From: Amoebidium appalachense
Lineage: Eukaryota; Protista; Ichthyosporea
Length of the DNA stretch: 64,000 bases
Assembly (NCBI GenBank): GCA_963693365.1
Contig: CAVNZM010000004.1
Location: 13,948,524-14,012,523, forward strand
Direction of reading: 5' to 3'
Part shown: piece by piece, positions 20,467 through 33,830 of the stretch
Layout of the letters: each line of letters opens with the position of its first letter
How positions within the stretch are numbered: the stretch's first letter is position 1
Notes under the pieces: generated by a model
Databases searched by the model: none
The model's input: the letters and a program-made list of their open reading frames with translations, nothing else
What the model was told of the DNA's origin: nothing
Program-made: the position numbers and the translations under genes

Positions 20467-23400
20467 CGTCTGCCCCGCCCATCCGGGGACACACGCATGC
20501 ATGCACACACGCAGGTGCACACATACGGATACAGGTACACACAACCAAAGCAAACAGGCAAACAACATGAGGCGACCAAGCGACCAAACAAACAACCCAC
20601 GCAAACCAAAGCAACACATTTTTTAAAACACAACACAACAACATTACCCCCCCCCCCCCCCCCCTCCCCCCCCCGGCTGTGCGGTGCATGTCTATGGCCG
20701 TGCAACACCACCATTAACCCGTTGTGCCCCTATCTTGCCACTGACTGACTGATGGTGCCTGCAGGACGGCAGTGAGGCGGAGATAGTGCATGAGGGCCAT
20801 GAGCCCAGCAGCTTCTGGCAGGCCGTGGGGGGCAAGGCAGACTATGCATCGGCCCCACACCTTAGAAGACCCCTGCCCAGCAAGGCACTAGCATGCCCTG
20901 TGAGGGCCTGGATCATGGACAATGCTAGCGGCGAGCCAAGGGTACGTGCATCCTGCGTGGTTTGTTAAGTACTAGCACATATGCTCGTGCAAACAGCACC
21001 CCGTTTTCTGTTGCTGGTCTATGCCCTATCCACCGGTCACCCTCCTGCTCACCCTCTATGCCGCAACCAACCCCTCCCCCTCCCCCTCCCCCCTCTCCCC
21101 TCCTCTCCCACCCTCCGTGTTGGCCCACCCCTCTCTCCCCCCCTCCCTCCCCCCCCCCCTGCCGCCCCCCCCCCCCCCCATCACCACCACCACCACCACC
21201 ACCACCACCACCACCTTGGGCTCTGCTTATTAAGCCTACTCGTTATGTGTGCTTTGCACTCCGCATTATGTTTTCCGTAATTACTGTGTGCTTTGTAAAC
21301 AAGAGCGGAATCACAACCCCTCCCCTCTCCCCCTCCGCCTCTCCCCCCCCTCCCTGGGCTCTGCTTATTTTGCACTCCTGTATGCTTTGCACTCGGCATT
21401 ATGCTGTCCTTAATGAATGTTTACTTCGTCCTCTCTAACACATTCAACCCCGCCCCTCCCCCCTCCAACCTCTATGTTGTCCCGCATTGCTGGTGCCCAG
21501 TGCCACTCTATCCCCCTAACTCATACCCCTTTGCAGGCGCACGAGATAGCCATGGTGACACAGGAGGATCTCAAGCCCGAGGCCGTGCTGGTGCTAGACT
21601 GCTGGCATGCCCTGTATGTGTGGGTCGGCCCAGGTGCCACCCAGCAGGACCTCAAGACGGCAATCACTACGGCAAAGGTACCCCATGACCCCCGCCCCCA
21701 CGGGCCCAACCAATCCCTCTCCTCCTTCCCCCCCCTCCCTAATCCCCCTCCCATGCGCCAACCTACCTTCAACATCCACACACACATCCAGCCAGCCATC
21801 CAGCCACAAATGCATCAATCCACACGCACCACCATGCACCGCGTGCTGGACATCCCCCCCCCCCCTCTCTCTCCCCCCCCCCCCCTCTCTCTCTCTCCCC
21901 CCCCCCCCCTCTCTCTCTCCCCCCCCCCCCCCCCCCACCCCCGCCCTTCACGCATCAAGACACATCCCGCCAGCCATCCACATGCACAACCTTTCACACC
22001 ACCCACCATGCACCGTATGCTATGGTGCCCCCCCCCCCTCCCCCCCCAACCCACCAGCACCACCACCACCACCAAGACGGCTGCAGCCACACCTGCACAC
22101 TTGGCTCACCCCCTCTACGTTTGCAGGAGTACCAGGACTTTGTGGTTGAGCGTGAGCCCGAGAGGGTTGTGGGGGCACAGCTAGTCAATGAGGTGGTCTA
22201 TGCGGGGGAGGAGAGGCTGGACTTCCAAGCTTACTTCCCCGTGTGGGACCCGGAAAAGGCTAAGGTGCGCATGGGGGTTATGTGCGTGTGTTCCAACAGT
22301 GAGGCAGGGGGCAACGTTGGGCATGTCACTTGCAAGAGAGCTTGGCTATTGAGGTTTTTTGGGTTGTTAGTGTACGTGGTGCGGAGGAAAGAGATATGAC
22401 CTGGTGTTGGAGGTGTTTTTAGGTGTTGTTATCTGGTGTGTTGGGGGTGCTTTTGTGTGTTTTATATTGACAGTGGGTGATGATTGCACCACAGAGGGTG
22501 GCATCCGAGACCAGCGGCAGAGCAAACATACGGCGACGCACAGACTCCACAGACCTGAGCTCATCATATGAAGAGCTGACGAAGATGGTGCTCTACACCC
22601 TCGAAGGTGCAACTGCCTGTGTGCCTGTGTGCCTGTGTGTTGTAGTGGTTGTCCCACACGTCAGTTTGTGCGCATGTGTAAGCGCAAGAGTCTTTGTTTA
22701 AATCTCATGAAGATGGAGGGGAACGTGCCGAGCTTGCTCCCGGGGGCCGGGGGGGGGGGGGAGGGGGAGGGGGGGAACGCGAGGGGACGGGGGCGGGGGG
22801 GGGGGGGGGGGGGGGGGGGGACAGGGGGAGAGGGGGGGGGGGGGGGGGATGTAGTAGAATTACATGGGGTAGCAGATAGCTAGAATGGGCGAACGGAAAA
22901 CGAGTGGAGGAAAGAATACTTTCAGCTCTCTTGTGTTTTGCTGTATCCCAAGGTACCCCCTTGCTGTGCACCTACCATGGCATGCATGGCCCCAGGCACC
23001 ACACACTGACCCTCACCCTTGCTCTCCACACAGAGCTCAACGTGCCCACGGAGCAGCTGGCACCAGGGGTGGACCCAGCATGCAGGGAGGTGGGTGAACT
23101 GCACCATGTGCCTTGCTCACTGCGGTTCTTGGCTCGGCGTGGTCATTTAGAGCCCACCACCTCGTGGCTTGCTCTCTAGTGGGTTTGAGTTGTGGCACAC
23201 CGCATTCCTGTCTGTGCACACGTAGCGTGTTTGGCCATGGCGAGTCACATGCAGCCACCTTCAAATTGTCTTTCTCGTCCTCCCTTTCCTTTTAAGAGCT
23301 TCGTGTACCCTCCTCCCCACTCCCCCTTTTTAATAAATAAAGAAAGAATCAGTGCCCCCTCCAACCGACCCTTCTAAGCACACCCAAGTGCAAGCATGCA

Positions 23401-23566
23401 TGTGCCCGTGGGCACCCCCTGTCCGTAGCCAACCCTCCCCCCCCCCCTGCAGAAGTACCTTCTAGACAGTGAGTTCCAGCGCATCTTTGGCATGACCAAG
23501 GACGACTATGAGAGGCTGCCCAAGTGGCGCCAGATCGAGAAGAAGAAGAAGACCCCCCTGTTCTAG
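10554..23566 (+). CDS. Villin/supervillin-like actin-binding protein: N-terminal coiled coil, Pro-rich linker, gelsolin repeats, villin headpiece; ~20+ exons
   Basis: Exon 1, 10554-10721: charged coiled coil, gtaaga donor. Pro-rich exon ~12459-12962. Gelsolin-type exons: 15809-15989 (SLNHHDVFVYD...YVFYGRNSS), ~17049-17212 (LDSRHSYVVDCLDELYVWNG), ~18371-18522 (YGQLFASESYVVLY...YFWQG), ~19386-19463 (VIEGKEPPHFLSIF), ~20765-20941 (EGHEPSSFWQAVGGK), ~21537-21677 (QEDLKPEAVLVLDCWHALYVWVG), ~22127-22264. Last exon 23453-23566, KYLLDSEFQRIFGMTKDDYERLPKWRQIEKKKKTPLF*, is a villin headpiece. Confidence 0.93.
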
Positions 23567-23747
23567 CACTTGCTAGGTACCCAGCCTCCTTCCTCCCCCC
23601 CGTCCTTCCACCTCTTCCCCTCCTCCTCTCTCTTCCTCCCCCCCCTCCCCCTGCCCACACACACACACATCTACACACACACACACACACACACCACCAC
23701 TATCACCGCCACCACCACCGCCATCCCCACCTTCTGATCCCTCACTA

Positions 23748-23793
<46 letters not shown>

Positions 23794-25428
23794 CCCCACC
23801 TCCCCCTTCCCTCCCCCCACCGCGCCAAAAGACAAACAAAAAGACACACAGATACACACACGGACACACAAAACACCGCCACCACCACCACCACCTTCAC
23901 TCCCCCCTCCCCCCTTTCCCTTCCCCCCATTCCCCCCCCCCCCCCCCTCCGCCCCATATGCTCACAAATACATCTTGTGACAGACACATGCACAAGCAGA
24001 CAGGCAAAGCACCGAACTTTTCCAATAACACATGCATACACCTATTGAAAGCACCTGCTCACGGCGCTCAACTCCCTAACGGAATTCTTGCAGCCTGACA
24101 GTGTGGGCATTGTTTATGGCTATTTCAAGGTGAAGATGAATGTGCTAGGCTCTGGCATGGCTGATTTATGTCAGGGTTGGGATTCTGCTGACACTATCTG
24201 TGTGCCTGCTGCAGATAAATCGTCCAAGCTTACGGCACATCTCAGGCCGCACTACATGTCCAGACATAGCCTCTTCCCTTTTCATCCACCCCACTGCCCC
24301 ATGCAACGTGGTCATTAGCCCGAACTGGACCCCATTGAAATGCTGAAAGCGGTGATAGCCCGGTGCTGCCTTCGCATTACTATCCATCGACTGGGCCTTA
24401 TTCCCATGCCAATATTATAATCTTCTGTTTTCATGAATACTATTTGTGGTCATGCCCTAAAAAGGTAGCATACGTATTTGTGCAGGCTGTACGCTGAGTT
24501 TCTGAGCACCCCTATTGGCAAATTAGTTATTGCAAAAATTGAAGCGAATGCTATGAATAGGCTAGCCCTGCTGTGCAGGACACGAATGTGTTTTCTTTTT
24601 CCTTTTTTTCCTGCAGGTACCTCAAATATATATTTTTAGTTGTTTGCTGTCGAGGTATCACCATGATCACGGTACTGGTTAAAATGAACACGCTACCGGC
24701 ACACGCTTGCAAAACATGCCGGGGGTTGACTTTTCTGTGCCCTTGTACCTTGCAGACCTGGGTGCTAAAAAGCCAAGCGAATCCACCACCATATGTGTGC
24801 ATGTTATGCCTGGTCCACACCACCATGCATCCATATGCCCCACGGGTTGTAATGCACCGTCGGCGTGGAAGAGAGGGGGATGGTTTACTAATATACTGGG
24901 TTGGGGTTGCCGGTGATGTTTTTTCGTGGTGTGTCTGGTGTGTGTGCTCACATAGGTTGTGGTGTTTACGTGTTGCATATAGGCAGGTGAGCGGCTGATG
25001 TGTTGTGCAAAGCCCCCTTGGGCCATGGGTTGTGCAATATAGCGGAAAGAAAAAGCAGCATGAGGCTAGCGAGAAAAGCAGGCCAACCAAACCTTCCCGT
25101 CCTGGTGCACATGCCTGCACACGCACTTGCCCACAATAAAATTGTCTCATACATTTGCCCTGTACACACACACGTGTGTACGCGCACGTGCGCATCATGT
25201 AAGCTACTTACCGTATGATGCACACACACCGCAATGCGAATGTGCATGCACACACATGTGTGCGAGTGTGAACACACGTCTCCCCTACGATTAGGCTGCA
25301 CACTGGCCCTAGCACACATACACGAAAACAAGGAAACACACTAAACACGAAAACACACTTGGCAAATTATAAAGCCATGCACGTGCACAGGCCAAACGTG
25401 ATAAATTGTTGTTGATGGAATACTGATG

Positions 25429-25467
<39 letters not shown>

Positions 25468-25776
25468 TGGCAGCCACATACACACACTGCCCCCCTCACC
25501 CCACACCCCCTCCCTCCCCACACATGCACGCCCCCACCCCACACACATTCCTAACATGCCATCATCCAATCAGCAAGGCCCGTTGTCCCAACATACCCCA
25601 AGTGATTGGTCTGCTGCAGCATAATGACCACACCGCCTACAAATGAAAAACCAAACCATTCTGTTGAAATTGGGATTGCTTTTTTGCATAATGATTGTTG
25701 TATGCAGTGATGTCCAAGTGAAATATGGTTGTAACGAGCGTATATCGATTGTAGTAATGCAAGTGGTGGGTCCACT

Positions 25777-26078
25777 AACCTTGCTATCCTCCCCCCTCCC
25801 CCCCCCCCCCCCCCCGAGCCCCTTCTCACGTTTCCTCCTTATCGTGCCCCCCCTCCCCCCCCCCGCCCCCCTCCCCCCCCTCCCCGCCTCCCGCACCATT
25901 GCAACCTTTTCGGAGCATCCTCGGCCAAGACCGAAGACCGAAAAGGTTGCAATGGTGCGGGAGGCGGGGAGGGGGGGGGGAGGGGGGGGGGGGGGGGGGG
26001 GGGGGCACGATAAGGAGGAAAGGTGAGAGAGGGGGGGGGGGGGGGGGGGGGGGGGGGGAGGGGGAGGATAGCAAGGTT
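25777..26078. repeat. Near-perfect fold-back inverted repeat (~135-bp arms, ~25-nt spacer)
   Basis: aaccttgctatcctcc...tttcctccttatcgtgccc...ccccgcctcccgcaccattgcaaccttttcgg is mirrored by ccgaaaaggttgcaatggtgcgggaggcgggg...ggcacgataaggaggaaa...ggaggatagcaaggtt. Confidence 0.92.
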
Positions 26079-26471
26079 CAAGAGAGTATGTTTTCATTTT
26101 TTAGTGGCGAGCAACATAGGCGTGCCACAAAGCATGAGCAGCTTTTACTTAAGATAATTTGCAATGGGTTAACTTGAAGCTTGCTAGAAGGCACGTGACT
26201 GTCCAGGTATATGCACACGTGGCAAAGCTTAGAGGGGATTGCACAACCACCAAACACACACTGAGAAGGCACAGCCGGACCTTATGCTGCCACCTATCAC
26301 TAACTTAGTGAGCCTCTACATGGGTAGCTCCTCTATACGCCAACTAATTTATAAAGTCAAGTTAGATGGTTTTATTTCGCAACCAGCGCTACTGGGGTAG
26401 TTTTGCATCCAAGATAGAAACACTTTAAATAATCGCCACCGAAACAAAAAAAAAAATCACATGCATATCTA

Positions 26472-28637
26472 CTACTTGTTCATGTGGATAAACTTTGCGT
26501 AATTTGCCGGGAAGAGCCCCCTCTGACCCGTGCGTTCATTGGTGCCCCACCACCAGCCCTCCTCGCGCTGTTGCAAATCCACAATAATATCCCCCGTGAA
26601 CAACTGTAATTCATCGGCCTGTGCGGGCGTATACTGGAAAATTGCCCGTGCCAATGGTTTAAGGGGGGCTTTTGCGATCGCTGTAGGGGGACTGCTGGGG
26701 GGAGGGGGGGCCACAGGGGGATTCTGGGGCACAAGCTCCTCCGTACTGCTGGTTTGTTCGGCCGGCTTTGCTGGCATTTTCATGAAAAAGGCCGGGGCAT
26801 TGCAATTCTTCTTTGCGGGGGGAGCTGTGGCTGCAACAGGGGGGGTGTAGGCCTTGGGTGCGCTCACACTCACAGGCACAAAGAACTCGGGGCTTTCGAA
26901 TTTTTGTGGTGGGGGTTGTACAGTTGGCGAATTTACGGGTCTTGTCACGCTTGCAGTTGCCAACTTGGGCATTGTTTGCTCTCCCTCCCACCGCCCAGTT
27001 GTGGGTCGTGGGGCCGATTCGTTGCGGGCAGGCAGGTTGTTTGGACGGGTGGCAGCGGGGGGGCTGGTGGGTGCTGCCGGCCCACTCATCATAGACATGG
27101 GGGACACCACATACCCCCCCTCGCTGTAGGCGGGGGGTGCGGCAATGCTGGAGGGACGGGACATGTCGGCAGGCAGTTTGCCCTCCTCCGGCGCAATACC
27201 ATATAAGGCTAATTGCTGGCGGGCCACCTGCTCCCAGAACTGCTCCTCTTGCTGGGCCGTACGTGCCCCCACGGCATTCCAGAACTCATTCTCGGCGTAG
27301 TGCTTTTTTGAATCCTTCCTCTCCCTCTGCCTCTTCCTCCTCTCCTTGCCCTTGTTTCTTCTCCTGCGGATTATGATCACAATCACGATGACCAGAATAA
27401 TCAGGCCCACACCAAGGCCCAGCCAGGGCAGAAAGTCCTTGAAGCTAGCCAGAAACTCTGACAGGCTGAATGTGGGCCCATCACTGTTACTGTGGTTGGG
27501 GTCTGTGTTGGGGTCTGTCTGCTCCACACTGCAGGGGGGCAGCTGGCCAGTGCTGTCGGGCACCGTCGGGTTGACCCATCCGCTAGTGCACTTGCACACA
27601 CCATCCGTGCCCATGGACCCATGCGGCCCGCACTGTGTGTGTGAATGGAGGGGGAGGGCGGGGGGGGGGGGGGGGGGGGGGGAGGGGGGGGGGGGGGGGG
27701 GGGAGAGGGGGGTGAGGGGAGAGAGGGGGGGGAGGGGGGGTTAGTATGTGTGTGTGTGTGCTTGAGTGTGATAATTTGTGTTATTGCTTGTTGTGTGTGT
27801 GAATGTGGGTGTATGTATATCGGCATATTTGTGTTTTGTCTGCGGTGTCAGTGTGTGTGTGGATACACGTGTGCAGTGTATGGCTATGGAATAACTGTGT
27901 GGGTGCCTTTGATAGTTAAGTGTGTGTGTGTGTGTGTGTGTGTGTGCTTGTGTGTCTGTGTGTGTTTGTTGTGTGTGTTTGTGTGTGTGTGTGCGCACGT
28001 ATTTATGTTCGGTTACGTGGGTGTGTGTGCGTGCTCTGTGTACACATGTGCATGTATGGCGTGGGCGCCAGTATGTGCCATTGCTTGTTTTAGTGTGTGA
28101 GTGTTTCTGTGGCCGTGTATTGTGTGTTTGTGCTGGAATGTTAAGGCGTATACGTATGCCCACATGTAAAGGGCTGGGGCAATACACAGGAGTTTTCGTG
28201 TGCGAGGATGCCGAGGAGGCTGTGCTTATTTTTGGAACGGGGAAGCAATCGACGTGCAGTGGTTTGGTGGGTTGACGGCCGGAGAGTGTGGGGGATTGTG
28301 GGAAAAGAACCGGGGGGCTCAGATGTATTTGGTAATATCTGAAGTCCCGTAACGGTTGCTAATATGCTTGCGTGCTGTCAGTGTAACTTGCAAGGAAAAA
28401 TTGCTGCTGTACTGCAGACTGCTCGCCCTTGCACGCCGCTCGTGCGAGTACATGCTTGCACATACACACACGCACACACACGCACACATACACATGTGCG
28501 TGTACACACACTCACATGCGCAAACGCACATGCGGCGTCGCCTGCATACACACATACATTTAAAAAGTCACAGACACACACGCACACACATGTGCACGTG
28601 TCACGCACACGCAAAAACACACACATACACATACATG

Positions 28638-28677
<40 letters not shown>

Positions 28678-29218
28678 AGCACACGCACACTCGCGCACGC
28701 ACGCACACACACACACACACACACACAAGCATGCATTATTGTATACATCATGTGCCGTATATCCTGCCCATTGAGGGGCACGCTATACGACATCCTGTCA
28801 ACAGACCAAGGGTACACGTACTAATTTACACACACAAAATACACACACGCATACACACCCAGAAACACAAACCCACACACACACTGTGTGTTGCGGACAC
28901 ATACTCCATACCTACACCAACACAGGCGTGTGCGCACACACGCACACAGAGGCGCACACACACATGCACACACACACATAACCGCACGTATTCTGTCTTC
29001 ACACACACAGATCCCCCCCCCCCCCCCCCCCCCCCAACACACACACACACGCCCATCCCCCTCTTCAAATCACACACAAACACACGCACACACATGGCAC
29101 ACACACACGCACCCACACACACACGCGCGCACACACACACACCGTGACTAAACACAGACATACAGACACACACAGACACATAGATACACACACACACACA
29201 CGCACGCACAAGCACACG

Positions 29219-29267
<49 letters not shown>

Positions 29268-29591
29268 GCACGCACGCACACACATACACAAACACACACA
29301 CACACTGCTGTGCTTTCAAAATCATTTATGCTCAATGACAGGGGAAAGCGCCCCTTCCGTGCAAGAAGTGACAATGCCTGCTTCATTCTGCCGAGGAATT
29401 TATAAAAACTCAAAAAGAAACACCAACGGCTCGCAAGACACATGTAAACAGTGAATGCACCCAGTACTGTGTGCACCTACCTCCCCGTTGTCACCCGTGG
29501 GCTGCACAAGACCCCCATCCTCTGTCTGTGTTGGCACCGGCGCATTGGTGGCAGTCTCCTCCACAAGCGCACGGCGCATATGCCGCGGCAT
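26472..29591 (-). CDS. Single-pass membrane protein: EGF-like ectodomain, TM helix, Pro-rich cytoplasmic tail, C-terminal SH3
   Basis: Exon 29591-29481 (MPRHMRR...GDNGE|gtaggt, phase 0) joins exon 27632-26472 (cag|[22 protein letters not shown]...PPCS). TM segment [18 protein letters not shown] followed by RRRRNK. SH3: [23 protein letters not shown]...EEGWWWG...GLFPANYAK. Exon 1 is less certain than exon 2. Confidence 0.85.
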
Positions 29592-29691
29592 TTTGTGATA
29601 GCTATTACTCCCAAAGTGTGCTTTAGTAAAGTAAATGTGGGCAATAAGACGACGAAAAGACTGGTATGACTGCTAATATTAGCTGTTGTGA

Positions 29692-29990
29692 CTGTAATGT
29701 GTGCTAATGTGTGTGTCTCAAGTGTACAAACATGTGGCGTCCAACTCTCGTGTGTCAAAAGGGACAAAATGGTGCCTTGGGTGTGTAACGCCAATATGAA
29801 CGAGTAACGCTACGAAGAAGCATCAAATTACTAATACGTGCTGTAATGTGTGCTAATGTGTGTGTCTCAAGTGTACAAACATGTGGCGTCCAACTCTCGT
29901 GTGTCAAAAGGGACAAAATGGTGCCTTGGGTGTGTAACGCCAATATGAACGAGTAACGCTACGAGGAAGCATCAAATTACTAATACGTGC
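29692..29990. repeat. 149-bp tandem duplication (2 near-identical copies)
   Basis: Copies start at 29692 and 29841. One visible substitution (gaagaagc vs gaggaagc). Confidence 0.95.
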
Positions 29991-30565
29991 TAGCTCCAAC
30001 CCCTAACCCAATTGGCTCTTCCCCACTTAGGTCACCACCAGGTGGTGACACAGGCTTGAATCCTGTAGCCGGATTTGTTAGCTTACCAATGAGTGGGCTG
30101 GATCTTGAAAGAATTTAGAGCAATGGCGGCAATGTGCCTGCCCCGTCTTTGATTGGTGTTCTACTAATCCAATCGCTGATTGGGTAGTCTGGATTTGGGA
30201 TTTGAGAACATATGAGATCTGTGTAGATGATGTGGATCTCTCTCTTCTCCGGGGCCTAACACCAGTTGTTCACAGAGATCGCTTGGCCTCGCGGCCGGAA
30301 AATCATTGTTCGAATGCAAGTATGTCACTTTATTGATATTCCTACCTTTTAAGGTGCTTTCATTGCTGTCGTGTGGTTCGAACTTCCCACAACAAGTGAG
30401 ACCCAGGCTGCACGCATAAATTATAATGACGAGCGTCCACATGCATATGCATATGTACATGCATGTGGAGTGCATGTGCATGTGTGTGCAGAGTGAAACG
30501 TCGACTGCAGACGCTGGCGGATGTGCTGACATGTGCGCGCTGTACACGTGCGTGCACTGGTTCCC

Positions 30566-30687
<122 letters not shown>

Positions 30688-31085
30688 TTGCCTGTGTCTG
30701 TCAATGGCTCGATGCATATATGGTGTACAATACATGTACATGTTCACGTGGCAATTCAATTCTGCGTCTAGACCTGAAGACTTGGTGTTGCAATTGCCGT
30801 ACCTCAGGCAAAATAGATTTTTCGCTACTACTAAATGCACGTGTCTAGCTAATCTAAACCTGAGGCTCCGGATCCTGACTCATGATCAGAGTTCAAACCC
30901 TTCTATTTTCTTGCTTTTCTTGTTCTCCGGGTCAGGAGGTGCTTGCAGTTGTATGTATGTTACGTGGAAGGATGGGGTACCGGTGATATCAAGAGGTGCA
31001 TTGCACACTGCAGGTGCTAAGCCTTGCTGGCCGTGGTGCATGCTTTGCTCCGGAATCGATATCCTGGATGTCATGGCATTTTGCA

Positions 31086-31131
<46 letters not shown>

Positions 31132-32328
31132 CCCCCCCCCCCCCCCCAAAAAAAAAAAAATAAAAATAGAATAAAATAAAATAAAAAAACACGTACACAC
31201 ACACACACCATGTGAACGTTGCCCTTCCCCCCCCATGGCCCCCTAAGGCAACCATGCCTCAATTGGTCACTGCCGGACCAAATAGAATCCAAACCGAAAC
31301 CCACTTTTCTGTGCCAACTCCCTTTTTCATGGGACAAGGGCAGACGCCAGAATGTTTGACTGTGCATGGTGTGTGTGTTGCAGGCCACGGTGAGGCCACA
31401 CATACACAACACATGCCTCATGTTAGCTTAGCTGGTTGCACCATTGGCACCCTAGCTAGGGAACAGTCGATGCTTGATGGATTACGGTAGTTCCTACGAG
31501 GGGGATCCTAGGGGGCTTCTCCGGGGACAAAAAGGGGTTAAAAGAAGGAAAAAAGAAAATGCTGGCTACATCCGCAGTGCTACAAAATACTAGTACTTGC
31601 GTTGGTGCCTTTGTGAACTTCTGAGGATCGAAATGGGCATTGACTCGGTTGGAGGGTGTAAGCGGCACCGGGTGTTTCGAGATAAAAAGAGTGCTTTAAC
31701 GAAGCAACAAGTCGTGTTAGGGTAGAGAGGTGGGTACGGTCGGGGGTGGCCTCTCTCTTTCTCTCTCTCTCCCCCCCCCCTCCCCTCCCCCCCCCCCCCC
31801 CCTCTCTCTCTCTCTACCCCTCCAGCTGTCTCCCTCTCCCATCATCCCCTCCCTCTCCCGGCCTCTCTTCCTCTCTCTCTCTCTCTCTCTCTCTCCCCCC
31901 CCCCCCCTCTCTCTCTCCGAGGCTCTCTCTCTGGATTTCTTTCTCACCCCCCCCCCCCCCCCCCCCCCCCCCCCTCTCTCTCTCTATGATTGCCACCCAT
32001 AAGGGGCATGGAACTAGATATATTCGCTAGGTTCTATAAAATGGTCCAGTGCCGGGCACCTCGAGGTCTCCGAGGAGTCTGCTGGCCTTGGGAAACAATG
32101 AAGCCAACGTGGCCCTCGGCGTCTTTCTTCCTTGTTCTCATTGCAATCCCTAGTAGGCCGTTTTCTCTCTTCCCCCCTCCCCCTCCCCCCCCCCCCCCCC
32201 CCCCCCCCCCTTCCCCCCCTCTCCACTCCTCCAGGCCTTTTCTCTCTTCCCCCCTTCCCTCCCCCTCAGCCGGGGGCCGGTGCACTTTTTTTTTCTTTCT
32301 TCCTTTCTTTTCTTTTCTTTTCTTTTCT

Positions 32329-32371
<43 letters not shown>

Positions 32372-32400
32372 TTCTTTCTTTCTTTTTTCTTTTCTTTCTT

Positions 32401-32437
<37 letters not shown>

Positions 32438-32523
32438 ATGAAGATCGTCTTTAATTATGGCACGAATGGCTGCTGTATGCTGTCCGTGTGTGTGCAAGGC
32501 CCGAGGATGGTGGTGGTGGTGGT

Positions 32524-32595
<72 letters not shown>

Positions 32596-32669
32596 TCAGC
32601 ACATAGACTCGGCTTTGCACGCTCCTATACAAGTGCATGCGCAATAAATCGCACACACCCACACAAATT

Positions 32670-33142
32670 CGTGCCCATGCGCACTCAGCCGCACAACATG
32701 ACAAACAGAGACTGTGGCACACACACACACAACCACACCCATTGCACACAGTAACACTTGTGAGTGTGTGCGCACACATCACTGAGCTCGCACACGTACG
32801 TGTAATCAACTCAGCCTGTTACCGCACCGTACGCAGGCTCACCGTGAGACACAGCACATACACACAGTGCTTCTGGCCCAACCTGGCAAAGGCATCCACC
32901 CACACGTGCACACAAACAGAATGGATGCCTTTGTCTAGTTAGGCCAGCTGCAGTAGCACGGTGTGCATGTGCTGTTCGGCGTGCCTGTGTAAGGTGCGAT
33001 AACAGGGTGAGTTGAATGCACGTACGTGTGCATGCTCAGTGATGTGTGCGCAAGCACCCACAAGTGTCACTGTGTGCAGTGGGTGTGTGCTTGTGTGTGT
33101 GCCACAGTCCTGTTGTGCAGCTGGGTGCGTATGTGGGCACAC
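32670..33142. repeat. Long imperfect inverted repeat (~210-bp arms) with an inner perfect 12-bp stem
   Basis: Arm 32670-32887 aligns to the reverse complement of 32942-33142 (e.g. gcgcacacatcactgagc / gctcagtgatgtgtgcgc). Inner stem: caaaggcatcca (32887-32898) and tggatgcctttg (32922-32933). Confidence 0.88.
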
Positions 33143-33213
33143 GCACACCACTTTGAAGAACTCAAAGTTTCCTCGAGGTGGACACTCACACCCTGTTACA
33201 CTACTGGCAGCCC

Positions 33214-33250
<37 letters not shown>

Positions 33251-33618
33251 CCCCCCCCCCCCCCGCCCTCCCCCTCCCGCCTCCCCCCCCCCCCCCCCCC
33301 AGGCTCCCTCTCCCTCCTAATTCCTGACACCTCCAGCCTAGGACCGCCGTACGTCGATATTTGAAGCGCCCTGGACGCGGACACACTGAGTATATGTCCA
33401 AAGCTGTGTACATGCGGATACATATAGTATCTGTAGTATTACATGCAAATGCATGTTTCCCTCTCACTCCTCAACCCCTTCCCCCCTTTCCCGCCCTGTA
33501 CTCTCATGCTCCTCGAACCCCCTCTTCTTCCAACTTTTAATTAAGCGTGCACGCGCGAATTCATGCTTGCATTCCCTAATAACACTCCGGCGAACACACA
33601 CACACACATAGTGTCACA

Positions 33619-33705
<87 letters not shown>

Positions 33706-33830
33706 ACACACATACACACACACACACACATGTCACAGTACACGCATGTGCGTGGAAGCGTCAGGCAGACGCATACGGGCACTAAACACAATTGTGGTAA
33801 GACATCTAATTGAGGCACACAAACACCCGT

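Noticed and set aside
28160-28390. Extra exon of the EGF-TM-SH3 gene
   Set aside because: An open frame exists, but the flanking exons already join in phase and no motif supports it.
29995-30012. Interstitial telomeric repeat (ccctaaccc)
   Set aside because: Only about 1.5 units, which is expected by chance.
31478-31725. ORF with a single in-frame TAG (readthrough or recoding)
   Set aside because: It is short with no recognisable homology, and real genes here use TAG and TAA as normal stops.
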